A stretch of 64,000 nt of DNA, taken from assembly GCA_963831325.1 (NCBI GenBank), contig CAWHQA010000025.1, positions 79,738-143,737 on the forward strand, written 5' to 3'. The position numbers and the translations under genes are program-made. The stretch comes from an uncultured Actinomycetes bacterium (GTDB lineage Bacteria > Actinomycetota > UBA4738 > HRBIN12). Below the pieces are notes generated by a model. The model saw only the letters and a program-made list of their open reading frames with translations, was not told where the DNA came from and made no database searches. Shown piece after piece: positions 52,761 to 62,416 of this stretch. Every line of letters begins with the position of its first letter. The first letter of the stretch is position 1.

Positions 52761-52958
52761 CTGCCTTCCTCCACGAGCCGAAGCTCGACCATCAACCAGG
52801 GGAGGATGCACTCCTTATCCCCCCCAGAACTAACCGTCAAGTGCACGGTTATTGTCATATCTACATGACGTAGAGTCCTGGAAGTTACTAAGGATCGCCT
52901 GGTCCGTCAAGCCTCTCGATGGACTGGATTGGTCGGTGCGATGACAGAGCTTGGACCG

Positions 52959-53898
52959 TCACGCCGACGTGGACGGAGAGGCGCTCGCGGCTCCATCGAC
53001 GTTGTCAGCCGGCTCCCCCGGACTTGTCGCATCCGGTGACGGCACATCGGCTGAGGGGTCGGGCACCGACTCCGGCAACGACGAGCCGACGAACCGAGCG
53101 GTGGGAGCAGCCGGTGCCGACACGTCGATCGACACGAGGCCCCTGCCCTCTGCCTCGGAGTACTCGAGGATCGCGCGCAAGGCCTGAGCCTTCTCCGAGG
53201 TCGCCTCCGCAACGCCGTAGCGCACGTCGACGTCGCCGTCGAGGATCAGCGACACGCTTCCGTCGACCTCGACGAGCACCGACTCGACCCGAGCGCGAAG
53301 CTCAGGAGCCATGGCGCGTACGACCACGGCCGCCGTTCGAATCACCTCGGTCGAGGCAGGCGCGCTGTCGGTCGCCGAGACTTCGGGCATGGAGATCGGC
53401 CACGGCGCCCGACCCAGCACGGTGCCGTCGCCGGCGACCATGCTCCGAGTGCCATCGAGCTCGGTGACCATCACGGGCGTCCGCTCCGCTACCGAGATAC
53501 GGATCGTTCCCGGCAGGTCGGTTTCCACGGTCGCATCGAGGATCCAGCGCTCCATCTCTAGTCGAGCTTCAGTGGCCTCTTCGTCGAGATGCGCGACGTT
53601 CGTCCCGAGACCGACGCCTGCAGCGCGCAGCACCTGGCGAGGGCCCAGCCGTTCCTCGCCTTTGACCTCGACCACCCGCGCACCGAAAGCCGCGTGTGTA
53701 GCTGAGGGTGACACCACCCGTTACGACGACCACCACACCCACCCCGGCGATGGCCCACGGTCGGAGCTTGCGACGGCGAGCTTCATCGATGTGCAGGATC
53801 GATGGTCCGGGTGTGGGCGTCCGGTCGGCTTGCTCCGCCGTCGGAGGCTGAGGCGAGGATGATCGCTCGTGCGTGACGATAGGGTCATCTACGGACAC
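52959..53898 (-). pseudogene. ftsQ: cell division protein FtsQ (POTRA plus beta domain), one frameshift
   Basis: The N-terminal cytoplasmic and TM part is in ORF 53569..53898 (RRRKLRPWAIAGVGVVVVVTGGVTLSYT). The rest is in ORF 52959..53717 (AAFGARVVEVKGEERLGPRQVL...). The frame changes at an ACACAC stretch near 53700. Confidence 0.8.
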
Positions 53899-54814
53899 GG
53901 TCGGGTCCCCCGATCATCTGTACCTCCGGCTCGAGCGTGATCCCCGTTCGCGACGAGACCTCGCGCCCGATCAGCTCGATCAGCGCCCTGACGTCCTCGG
54001 CCGCCGCGCCTTCGCCCGCCACGATGAAGTTCGCGTGCTTACGCGAGACCTCGGCGCCTCCCACCCGGGTCCCCTTGAGACCCGCGTCCTCGATCAGCCG
54101 AGCGGCATGGTCGTTCACGGGATTGCGGAACACGCTCCCGCAATTGGGCTCCGCGAGCGGCTGGGTGCGTCGACGCCATTCGCGGGCTTGATCCATGGAC
54201 GCGCGGATCGCTGCCGGATCGCCCGGCCGCAAGAGTGCAGTGGCACCGACGACGACCGCGTCGGCTGCGAGATCGGAGTGCCGGTACGCGAACCCCAACG
54301 CGGCGGCAACGAGGCGTTCCATCGTGCCATCGAGGAGTCGGAAGACCTCGACCTCGGCGAGCACGTCCGACATCTCCCCGCCGTGGGCGCCCGCGTTCAT
54401 CTTCACCGCCCCGCCCAGCGAAGCAGGGATCGCGACGCCGAAAGCCAGTCCGTCGAGCTCGTGGCGGAGCGCGACGCCGGCGAGGGCGGGCAGCGGCATC
54501 GAGCCGCCGGCCGTGATGCGATCGCCGTTACGGGCGGCCCACCGATACCCTCGGCCGAGCCGCAGGACGAGACCTTCGAACCCGCGGTCGGAAACGAGAA
54601 CGTTCGACCCTTTGCCGATGACGGTGAACTCGATACCTGTGTCGGCGATGGCCCGCGAGGCTGCCGACAGGTCGGCCTCGGACTCCGGCTCGAGGTAAAG
54701 CGCCGCGGGTCCTCCGATGCGGAACGTCGTGAGCGGCGCCATCGCGAAGTCGGTGTGGAGCCGGTCGCCGCATGCAGCTCGCAGTATCGCCTCTGCCCGC
54801 GCGAGATCCTTCAT
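53885..54814 (-). CDS. murB: UDP-N-acetylenolpyruvoylglucosamine reductase
   Basis: ATG 54814 overlaps the murC stop (ATGA). The protein has TTFRIGGPA, VIGKGSNVLV and GSVFRNP motifs and is intact at 309 aa. Confidence 0.92.
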   Translation of the reverse strand: MKDLARAEAILRAACGDRLHTDFAMAPLTTFRIGGPAALYLEPESEADLSAASRAIADTGIEFTVIGKGSNVLVSDRGFEGLVLRLGRGYRWAARNGDRITAGGSMPLPALAGVALRHELDGLAFGVAIPASLGGAVKMNAGAHGGEMSDVLAEVEVFRLLDGTMERLVAAALGFAYRHSDLAADAVVVGATALLRPGDPAAIRASMDQAREWRRRTQPLAEPNCGSVFRNPVNDHAARLIEDAGLKGTRVGGAEVSRKHANFIVAGEGAAAEDVRALIELIGREVSSRTGITLEPEVQMIGGPDRVRR

Positions 54815-56235
54815 GCTCCGCTGCCCAATCGATCGAGGACCGCGTCGCCCAGCATCCACACATCGCCGCATCCCATCGTGATCACGAGATCGCCCCGGCG
54901 CACCTCGCGTTCGAGGTACTCGATGGCGTCGGTCCGATGGGGCAGGTAGACGACCTGCGTGGACGGCGAGGCGAGAGCGATGCCATCGGCAACGAGCTTG
55001 CCCGTCACTCCCGGGATCGGCGTCTGGGCGGCCCCGTCGATGTCGGTCACGAGCACCAGGTCGGCTCCCGCGACGCTCGCACCCAGCTCGCGCCAGAGCG
55101 CCTGGACCCGTGAGTACCGGTGCGGCTGCACCAGCGCGATGACACGCTGAGCGTTGCGGCGGCGAGCCGTCTCGATCGTGACCGCCATCTCAACCGGGGT
55201 GTGGCCGTAGTCGTCGAAGAAGTCCGCACCCCGGGCGCTCCCCCGGTGCTCGAACCGACGGTGCACCCCGGCGAACGATGCGACCTCAGCGGCGGCGCGT
55301 GAGAGTTCCACGCCGACGAGACCGGCCACACCGATCGCGGCCGCCGCGTTCAGCAGGTTATGTTCGCCGTCGACCCGCATCGCGATGGCTGCGACGGCGC
55401 CGGAGGGATCACGGACCCGCCCGACTGCCCCCGACGGTCCCAGCTCGTCGACCGAGACGACGAGATCGTTGTCGCTGCCGATGCCGTAGCGCACCGCCGT
55501 CATTCCAGTGGCCTCGAGGACCGAACGCACACCCGGGTCGTCTCCACAGGCGACCACGTGGTCACAGCTCGTCACGAACGAAGCGAACGCCGATTCGATC
55601 TCGCGACGGCCTCCCGGATAGAAGTCGACGTGATCGATGTCGACGTTCGTCACGACCCCCACGTGTGGTCGCGTCAACAAGAACGAGCCGTCGCTCTCGT
55701 CGGCCTCGAAGACGAACAGATCTCCGTGCCCGGCACGCGCGCCGCTTCCACTCTCGTTGAGGTCGCCACCAATGAGATAGCTCGGGTCGAGGCCAGCCCG
55801 GTCGAGCAGCACCGCGATCATCGACGTGGTGGTCGTCTTGCCGTGCGTGCCCGCCACCGCGATCGCACGCGTGCCCGATGCGATCGCAGCGAGCGCCTGC
55901 TGACGCGCCCATATGGCGATCCCACGCTCGCGGGCCGCCTGCAGCTCGACGTTGCCCTCTCCGATAGCACTGGAGATGATCACCACATCCGGCGAGGCGA
56001 TGCGTCCGGCGTCGTGGCCGACCCACACCGCGGCTCCCGCGTCGCGGAGCTCGGCGATGCCCTTGGAATCCTTCATGTCGGAACCGCTCACGTCGATGCC
56101 ACCCGCTCGGAGCAGCTTCGCGAGGTTGCGCATCCCCGCTCCCCCGATGCCGATCATGTGCACGGTTCCGACCCCGTCGAGCGTGGGCACCGGCAGGGTC
56201 GGGATGCTGCCGGATGGTGGGACGTACGTCTTCAC
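54811..56235 (-). CDS. murC: UDP-N-acetylmuramate--L-alanine ligase
   Basis: GTG 56235 gives VKTYVPP.., followed by HMIGIGGAGMRNLA and AVAGTHGKTTTTSM. It is intact. In the supplied sequence the upstream murG frame runs into it without a stop. Confidence 0.93.
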   Translation of the reverse strand: MKTYVPPSGSIPTLPVPTLDGVGTVHMIGIGGAGMRNLAKLLRAGGIDVSGSDMKDSKGIAELRDAGAAVWVGHDAGRIASPDVVIISSAIGEGNVELQAARERGIAIWARQQALAAIASGTRAIAVAGTHGKTTTTSMIAVLLDRAGLDPSYLIGGDLNESGSGARAGHGDLFVFEADESDGSFLLTRPHVGVVTNVDIDHVDFYPGGRREIESAFASFVTSCDHVVACGDDPGVRSVLEATGMTAVRYGIGSDNDLVVSVDELGPSGAVGRVRDPSGAVAAIAMRVDGEHNLLNAAAAIGVAGLVGVELSRAAAEVASFAGVHRRFEHRGSARGADFFDDYGHTPVEMAVTIETARRRNAQRVIALVQPHRYSRVQALWRELGASVAGADLVLVTDIDGAAQTPIPGVTGKLVADGIALASPSTQVVYLPHRTDAIEYLEREVRRGDLVITMGCGDVWMLGDAVLDRLGSGA

Positions 56236-57333
56236 GCTGCGATCTCCGTCACGAGCTCGGCGATGCTGCCGGTCAGCATCGGGCCTCGCCCACTCGAGCA
56301 TCGCCGCAGCCATCGACGCCCGATGCGGCTCGTCGGCGATCAACGTTCGGATCCGGGCAGCGAGCCCCGGGGCGGTCATGGTCGATTCGAGCATCACGTC
56401 GGCGGCTCCAGCCCGTTCCAGCTCTCTGGCGTTGGCTTCCTGATGGTTCTCGGTGGCGTGGGGATACGGCACCAGGATCGAGGGCACACCGCACGCTGCC
56501 AGCTCCGAAACGGTTCCCGAACCCGATCGCGCGACGGCGAGGTCGCTGACGGCCAGGGCAAGGTCCATGCGTTCGATGAATCCCACGACACGCACGAGCA
56601 GCCGACCACCCGACCCATCTGCAGGGGTGACTTCCTCTCCGTGATCAGGGCCGGTCGCCACCAGCAGTTGGAGGTCGGACCGGTCACCCAGCTCCCCGAT
56701 GGTCGCCGCGATCATCTGGTCGAGCCGAAGGGCGCCCTGGCTGCCCCCGAACACCGACACGGTCAGGCGCTCACCATCGAGCTCGAAGGCCCGCAGGGCC
56801 TGCGCCCTGCGCTCCTCGCGGTCCGCGACGACCTCGGCGATCTGGCGGCGGATCGGATTGCCGGTGCGCACCACCCGCGTGATCGCGGGCAGGCGGCCGG
56901 CCGTCGCTTCGAACGTGGTGGCGACGACGCTCGCCCAGCGCGCGGCGATGCGATTGACCACTCCCGGCACACCGTTCTGCTCGATCAGCACGATGGGCGT
57001 TCCCGAGCTGCGCGCCGCGAGGATCGCCGGAGCGCTCGCGTAGCCGCCGATGCCGACGACGACATCGGCCGCTCGCACAAGCGGGCGAACGGCCCGGGCA
57101 GCCGCGAGCGCCATGGCGACTGCCCTCAGGGTGCGCAGCGAGAGCCGCGTCTGTGCTGAGGTCACACGGACGGAGGTGAAGGAGTAGCCGGCGGCGGGCA
57201 CGAGCGAGGCTTCCTGACCTGCGGCCGAGCCGACGAACCGCACCTCGTGCCCGGCCTCTCGAAGCCGCTCAGCGACGGCGATCGCAGGGAAGACGTGGCC
57301 GGCCGTGCCGCCTCCCGACATGAGGACCCTCAT
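56232..57333 (-). CDS. murG: MurG glycosyltransferase (UDP-GlcNAc:lipid I transferase); the last about 13 codons are shifted so that the ORF reads through into murC
   Basis: ATG 57333 gives MRVLMSGGGTAGHVFPAIAV. After ...MLEWARPDA the written frame gives DRQHRRARDGDRS and then murC. The +1 frame gives GSIAELVTEIAA-TGA, which overlaps the murC GTG (GTGA at 56232-56235). Confidence 0.85.
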
Positions 57334-58582
57334 CGGGCTGCCTTCCTGCTCGTCGTCTTCTGCCGGTCGCGTGCCGCGCCGATCGCCGCTCGCCGAGCAG
57401 GCGTGTGGATCGTGCCCGGCGAGGTTCGCCTGCCGGTGCTCGGCGCGGCGTGCGCACTCGCGCGCGCGATGCTCGCGAGCACGCCGATGCCAGCCAGGGT
57501 GACGACGAGGGCGGTACCGCCGAACGACAGCAGCGGCAATGGCACGCCGGTGATCGGCATCAGGCCCGTGACCGCGCAGAGGTTGATGATCGTCTGCAGG
57601 CCGATCCACCCGGTGATGCCTGCCGCCAGCAACCGTCCGAAGATGTCGGGCGCCGCGATCGCGATACGGATGCCCGCGAACAGCATCAGACCGAACAGCG
57701 CGAGCACGAACAACGCTCCCAGCAGCCCCAGCTCCTCACCGAGGATCGCGAAGATGAAGTCGGAATGCGCGTTGGGCAGGTAGTCCCACTTCTGCCGGCT
57801 CGCCCCGAGGCCGACCCCGAACCACCCTCCCGAGCCGAATGCGATCATGCCCTGGATCAACTGGAATCCCGCGTCACCGGGGTCGTTCCACGGGTGCAGG
57901 AACGAGTCGATGAAGCGCGTTCGGCGGTACGTGGTACCGAAGATCAGGACCGCCGTGCCCACCAGCGCCACAGCCCCGGTGACAGCGAGATGCCGTGCTC
58001 GCACGCCAGCCGCGAACAACAGCACGATGACCGATCCACAGATGACGACCGTGGTGCCGAGGTCGCGCTGCATGATGACCAGCACCGCCACGACCAGCAC
58101 GACCGGCGCGAGTGGGATCAGCAGATGCACGGGGTCTTCGAGCTTTCCCCACTTCTGCGTCAGCACCGCCGCCGCGAACGCGACCATCGCGAGCTTCATG
58201 AACTCCGCGGGCTGCAGGGTCACCGGGCCGAGGTCGATCCACCGCGACGCGCCGTGCAGCGACGTGCCGGCCGAGGGGTGCAGGGCCACGAGCATGAGCG
58301 GCACCAAGACCACGAGCATGGGCACCGCGAGCTTGCGCCACACCGTGTGAGGAAGCCGCACCGCGGCCACCAGCGCCGCGACCCCGCGATCGCGTAGATG
58401 CCTTGTCGCTGGAAGTACCAGAAGGCGTTGCCGTCGTACCCCTGGGTCGCCGAGACCGACCCCGCAGACATGACCATCGCGAGCCCGAGCACCGTGAGCA
58501 TGGCGGCCGGCACGAGCAGGAGCAGGACGTTGACTCGGGCGACATGCATCGCCTCGGCTCGACGCCTGGGCTCGCGCACCAC
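57330..58582 (-). pseudogene. ftsW: FtsW/RodA/SpoVE-family peptidoglycan glycosyltransferase, one frameshift
   Basis: The N-terminus is in ORF 58220..58891 (..VNVLLLLVPAAMLTVLGLAMVMSAGS...FWYFQRQGIYAIAG). The remainder is in ORF 57330..59066 (VAALVAAVRLP...NAHSDFIFAILGEELG...PLPLLSFGGTA). The frame changes at a C4 run at 58382-58385. The start could be 58582, 58579 or 58549. Confidence 0.85.
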
Positions 58583-58620
58583 CCGAAGATGCTGCTTCGC
58601 GCGGCCGCGGAGATCGCCGC

Positions 58621-59997
58621 TTACCTGCCACCGGTGCCCACCTCCTGCTGCAGGGCCCGCGCCGCTGCCGCGAAGCGATCGCCGCGCTCGGCGTAGTCGC
58701 GGAACTGATCCCAGCTCGCACACGCCGGAGCGAGCACGACGGCCCACCTGGGCTCGCGAGATCGAACGCGGCGCCGCACGGCTCGCTCGATCGACGCGGC
58801 GGGTGCACCGGCCTGACGCCCGGCAAACACGCCGTTCGAGCTCTGGCGCCTGCCTGCCCCATCGCGATGACGGCGCGCAGGCGGCCGGCACGGGTGACGA
58901 GCGGCGACAGGTCGACCCCCTTGGCGAGCCCGCCGGCGATCAGCACCACGTCGTCGAGGCCGTCGATCGCGGCGAGCGCGGCGTGCACGTTCGTGGCCTT
59001 GGAGTCGTCGATGAACCGCACCCCGTCGACGACCGCGGCGACCTGCCCCCGGTGCGGCGCGAGCACGAACGCCGCGAGCCCGCGGCGCGACGGCCTTCAC
59101 CGACGCACCGAACGAGAGCGACGCGGCCGCAGCGGCGGCCGCGTCGGCGCGCAACCCTGCGGTGCCGGCGACCTCACCGAGCGGCTCCGGCGGCAGCCTC
59201 CAGGCGCGAGAGCAGGCCATCGTCGTCGTATCCGACCTCGACCCTCGATCGGGCGGACCCGATCGGAACCACACGACCTCGCACGGCGCACCGGCCGAGC
59301 GCGCGGCGGCGCCGCTGGTCGTCGCGATTGCCGACATGGGTGTCTCCGGCCGCCTGCCGGGCGAAGATGCGTGCTTTCGCCTCGGCGTAGGCCTCGAAAG
59401 TACCGTGCTCGTCGAGGTGGTCGGGCGCGAGGTTCAGCAGCACCGACACCCGCGGGTGGAACGACTCCTGCAGACGCAGCTGGAACGATGAGCACTCCAC
59501 CACCAACGCCTCGTGCCCCTCGCGCGCGGCTTCGGGGAACGGATGGCCGATGTTGCCGCACGCCACGGCGTCGATGCCGTCGGCGCGCAGGCACGACTCG
59601 ATCATGCCCGTGGTCGTGGTCTTGCCGTTCGTGCCCGTCACGGCGACGTAGGGCACCTCGGCGAGACGGGCGCCGAGCTCCATCTCGCTCCAGATCGGGA
59701 GGCCCCGCTCGCGGGCCCACTCGAGCACGGGCGCGCGCGCGGGCACCCCCGGGCCGGTGACGACGAGGGTCGCGCCGTCGAGGTGCGAAGGGTCATGGCC
59801 GCCGGTCAGCATCTCGACCCCCGATGCGCGGAGCGCGGCCACCGTGGACAGCTCGGATCGGGTCGCGACTCGCTCACACGCACCGTCGCCCCCTCTTCCA
59901 CGAGCACACGGGCCGCCGAAGATCCGGCGACTCCGGCGCCGACCACGACGGCCCGCTCGCCCTCGAACCTTCGGCTCGATCGAGACGCCGCGCTCAA
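58621..59997 (-). pseudogene. murD: UDP-N-acetylmuramoylalanine--D-glutamate ligase, at least five frameshifts
   Basis: TTG 59997 overlaps the mraY stop. The pieces are:
- ERAVVVGAGVAGSSAARVL, in the tail of ORF 59806..61260;
- VTGTNGKTTTTGMI...NLAPDHLD, in ORF 59174..60058;
- APCEVVWF and LPPEPLGEVAG..., in ORF 58621..59337;
- LAPHRGQVAAVVDGVRFIDDSKATN...IAGG, in ORF 57330..59066;
- the tail SWDQFRDYAERGDRF, in ORF 58621..59337. Confidence 0.85.
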
Positions 59998-61061
59998 TCG
60001 AGCCCTCCCTGGAAGTAGATGAAGTCGGCGTAGTACAGACCGAGCCCGACCGCGACACAGAGCCCGGCGATGATCCAGAACCGCACGATCACGGTGAACT
60101 CGGGCCAGCCGGCGAGCTCGAAGTGATGATGGATCGGTGACATGCGGAAGATGCGTCGCCCGAACCCCCGGAATGCGATCACCTGCAGGATCACGCTCAT
60201 CGTCTCCATCACGAAGAGTCCGCCGAGGATCACCAGGAGCAGCTGGGTGTTGGTCGCCACTGCGAGCGCACCGAACAGCCCTCCGATGGCCAGCGAGCCC
60301 GTGTCGCCCATGAAGATCTTGGCCGGCGCGGCGTTCCACCACAGGAATCCGGCGAGCGCCCCCATCATGCCCGCTGCCACGATGGCGATGTCGAGCATCG
60401 CCAGCCCGCTCACGTCGTAGCAACCGTTCGCCCCGATGACGGGGCCACCGAAGCAGGGGTGGCGGAACTGCCAGAAAGCGATGAAGACGTATGCCGCACA
60501 GACCAGGGTGCTCGAGCCGGCCGCGAGCCCGTCGAGCCCGTCCGTGAGATTCACTGCGTGCGACGACGCCGTGAGCACGAGGAACACCCACAAGAGGAAC
60601 GCCACGCCCAGCACGAAGGCGGTCGGCCTGATGAACGAGAGGCTGGTTGAGATGCCGGTCTCGTCTGACGAACGCGACACGATCATGCCGAAGGCGAGCG
60701 AGACGACCGCGGTGCCGGCGAACTTCTGCACCTTCGTCAGCCCGAGTGAGCGGCGATTCCGCACCTTCATGAAGTCGTCGAGGAACCCTACGGCGCCGAA
60801 GCCGAGAGCCGAGAGCACCAAGGCGAGGCCCGCCGGGTTCAGTCCGTACTTGAACCTTGTGGCCCCATAGGCCATCAGCAGGCCAGCCAGGATCACGACG
60901 CCGCCCATCGTGGGAGTGCCCATCTTCTCCATGTGTGTGTGTGGGCCGTCCTCGCGGATGCGCTGGCCCCAGCCCCACAGGGTGAACGCCCGGATCGCGA
61001 GAGGCGTCCCGAGCAGGGTGACCGCTAGCCCGATCGCACCCGCCACCAGGATCCAGATCAC
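59994..61061 (-). CDS. mraY: phospho-N-acetylmuramoyl-pentapeptide transferase
   Basis: 355 aa intact ORF with GTPTMGG, NLTDGLDGLA, MGDTGSLAIGG and HHHFE motifs. Confidence 0.96.
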   Translation of the reverse strand: MIWILVAGAIGLAVTLLGTPLAIRAFTLWGWGQRIREDGPHTHMEKMGTPTMGGVVILAGLLMAYGATRFKYGLNPAGLALVLSALGFGAVGFLDDFMKVRNRRSLGLTKVQKFAGTAVVSLAFGMIVSRSSDETGISTSLSFIRPTAFVLGVAFLLWVFLVLTASSHAVNLTDGLDGLAAGSSTLVCAAYVFIAFWQFRHPCFGGPVIGANGCYDVSGLAMLDIAIVAAGMMGALAGFLWWNAAPAKIFMGDTGSLAIGGLFGALAVATNTQLLLVILGGLFVMETMSVILQVIAFRGFGRRIFRMSPIHHHFELAGWPEFTVIVRFWIIAGLCVAVGLGLYYADFIYFQGGLD

Positions 61062-62416
61062 CGCAGGGCCTCCGCGAGCCGTTCGAGGCCAGCGACCCGT
61101 GAGCCCTTGAAGAGCACGACGTCGCCCGGGCGCGCGTGGGCGCGGACGTCGGCGAGCGCGTCCGCGGGGTCGTCGTAGGCGGCCACGTTGTCAGGTTCCA
61201 CGCCTTCGCGGACCGCGGACACGGCGATCGGCTCGGCGAGTGTCCCCACGGCCACCACACGATCGATCCGCAGTCGAGCGGCGAGGTCGCCGAGCCGATC
61301 GTGCTCCTCGCCGGCGATCGGGCCGAGCTCGGCCATGTGACCGAGCACTGCGATCAATCTCGAATCGCGAGCCATCACGCGTGCGGCCTTGAGGGCCGCG
61401 GCCATCGACTCGGGGTTCGCGTTGTAGGCGTCGTTGATCACGCGGATCCCGCCTGCGGTGACGAACGTCTCCATGCGCCACCGCGAGATGTGTGCCGACG
61501 ACAGCGCCTCGGCACAGTCCTCGAGCGGCACCCCGAGGATGCGACCCACTGCCGCCGCGGCCAGGGCGTTCGGCACCATGTGCTCGCCCGCGACCGTCAG
61601 GGTCACGGACGCGCGGTGCCCATCGGCGATCACGTCGAACCGAGCCATCGCGTCGGCGCCCATCGAGATCTCGGCCGCGCGCACGTCGGCGTCGGCGTGC
61701 ACGCCGAACGTCATGACCCGTCCGGCGCAACGTGATCGGTACCCGGCGACGACGGGGTCGTCGGCGTTCAGGACGGCCCATCCCCCCGCCGGCACGGCAT
61801 CGACCGGCTCAGCCGAGGCCTCCACGATCGCATCCCACGATCCGAAGATCTCGAGGTGGGCGACACCGACGTTCGTGACGACGACGATCTGGGGCCGGGC
61901 GATCTCACACAGCATCGTCACGTCGCCCTTGCGACGCGCGCCGAGCTCGGCGACCACCACCTCGGTGCCCGGCGGCGCGCCGAGCAGCGTCATCGGCAGG
62001 CCGATCTCGTTGTTGAACGAGTTCGGGCTCGCGTGTGTGCGATGCCGGCGTGAGAGCACGCCGGCAGTCATGTCCTTGGTGCTGGTCTTGCCGTTGGCAC
62101 CCGTGATGCCCACGCACATCGCGAGGCGATCGCGTTCGGCCGCGCCGAGCCGCAGCAACGCGTCTGCGGTCGACGCCACCACGATCGCAGGTCCGGGGGC
62201 CGAGATGCCCTCGGGCACGATCGCACCGGCCGCGCCGGCCCTGAACGCCTCTGGGAGGAACCGAACACCGTCGCTGTGCTCTCCGTGCAACGCGACGAAC
62301 AGCGATCCCGGCCCCGCCTTGCGTGAATCGGTGACCACCTGCGCGACATCAGCGTCGGGTCCGGCGAGCCGCCCGTCGACTTCGCGGGCGATCACGGAGA
62401 GAGGCCGCGAGATCAT
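61058..62416 (-). CDS. murF: UDP-N-acetylmuramoyl-tripeptide--D-alanyl-D-alanine ligase
   Basis: 452 aa intact ORF with the ITGANGKTSTKDM P-loop. It has 4-nt overlaps with murE and mraY. Confidence 0.93.
   Translation of the reverse strand: MISRPLSVIAREVDGRLAGPDADVAQVVTDSRKAGPGSLFVALHGEHSDGVRFLPEAFRAGAAGAIVPEGISAPGPAIVVASTADALLRLGAAERDRLAMCVGITGANGKTSTKDMTAGVLSRRHRTHASPNSFNNEIGLPMTLLGAPPGTEVVVAELGARRKGDVTMLCEIARPQIVVVTNVGVAHLEIFGSWDAIVEASAEPVDAVPAGGWAVLNADDPVVAGYRSRCAGRVMTFGVHADADVRAAEISMGADAMARFDVIADGHRASVTLTVAGEHMVPNALAAAAVGRILGVPLEDCAEALSSAHISRWRMETFVTAGGIRVINDAYNANPESMAAALKAARVMARDSRLIAVLGHMAELGPIAGEEHDRLGDLAARLRIDRVVAVGTLAEPIAVSAVREGVEPDNVAAYDDPADALADVRAHARPGDVVLFKGSRVAGLERLAEALR

Noticed and set aside
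57330-59066. A 578 aa ORF resembling a MurD(C-terminus)-FtsW fusion.
   Set aside because: The middle about 150 residues are Arg/Ala/Pro nonsense. The true FtsW N-terminus and the MurD C-terminal tail are both found in other frames. The ORF is a by-product of the frameshifts, not a fusion gene.
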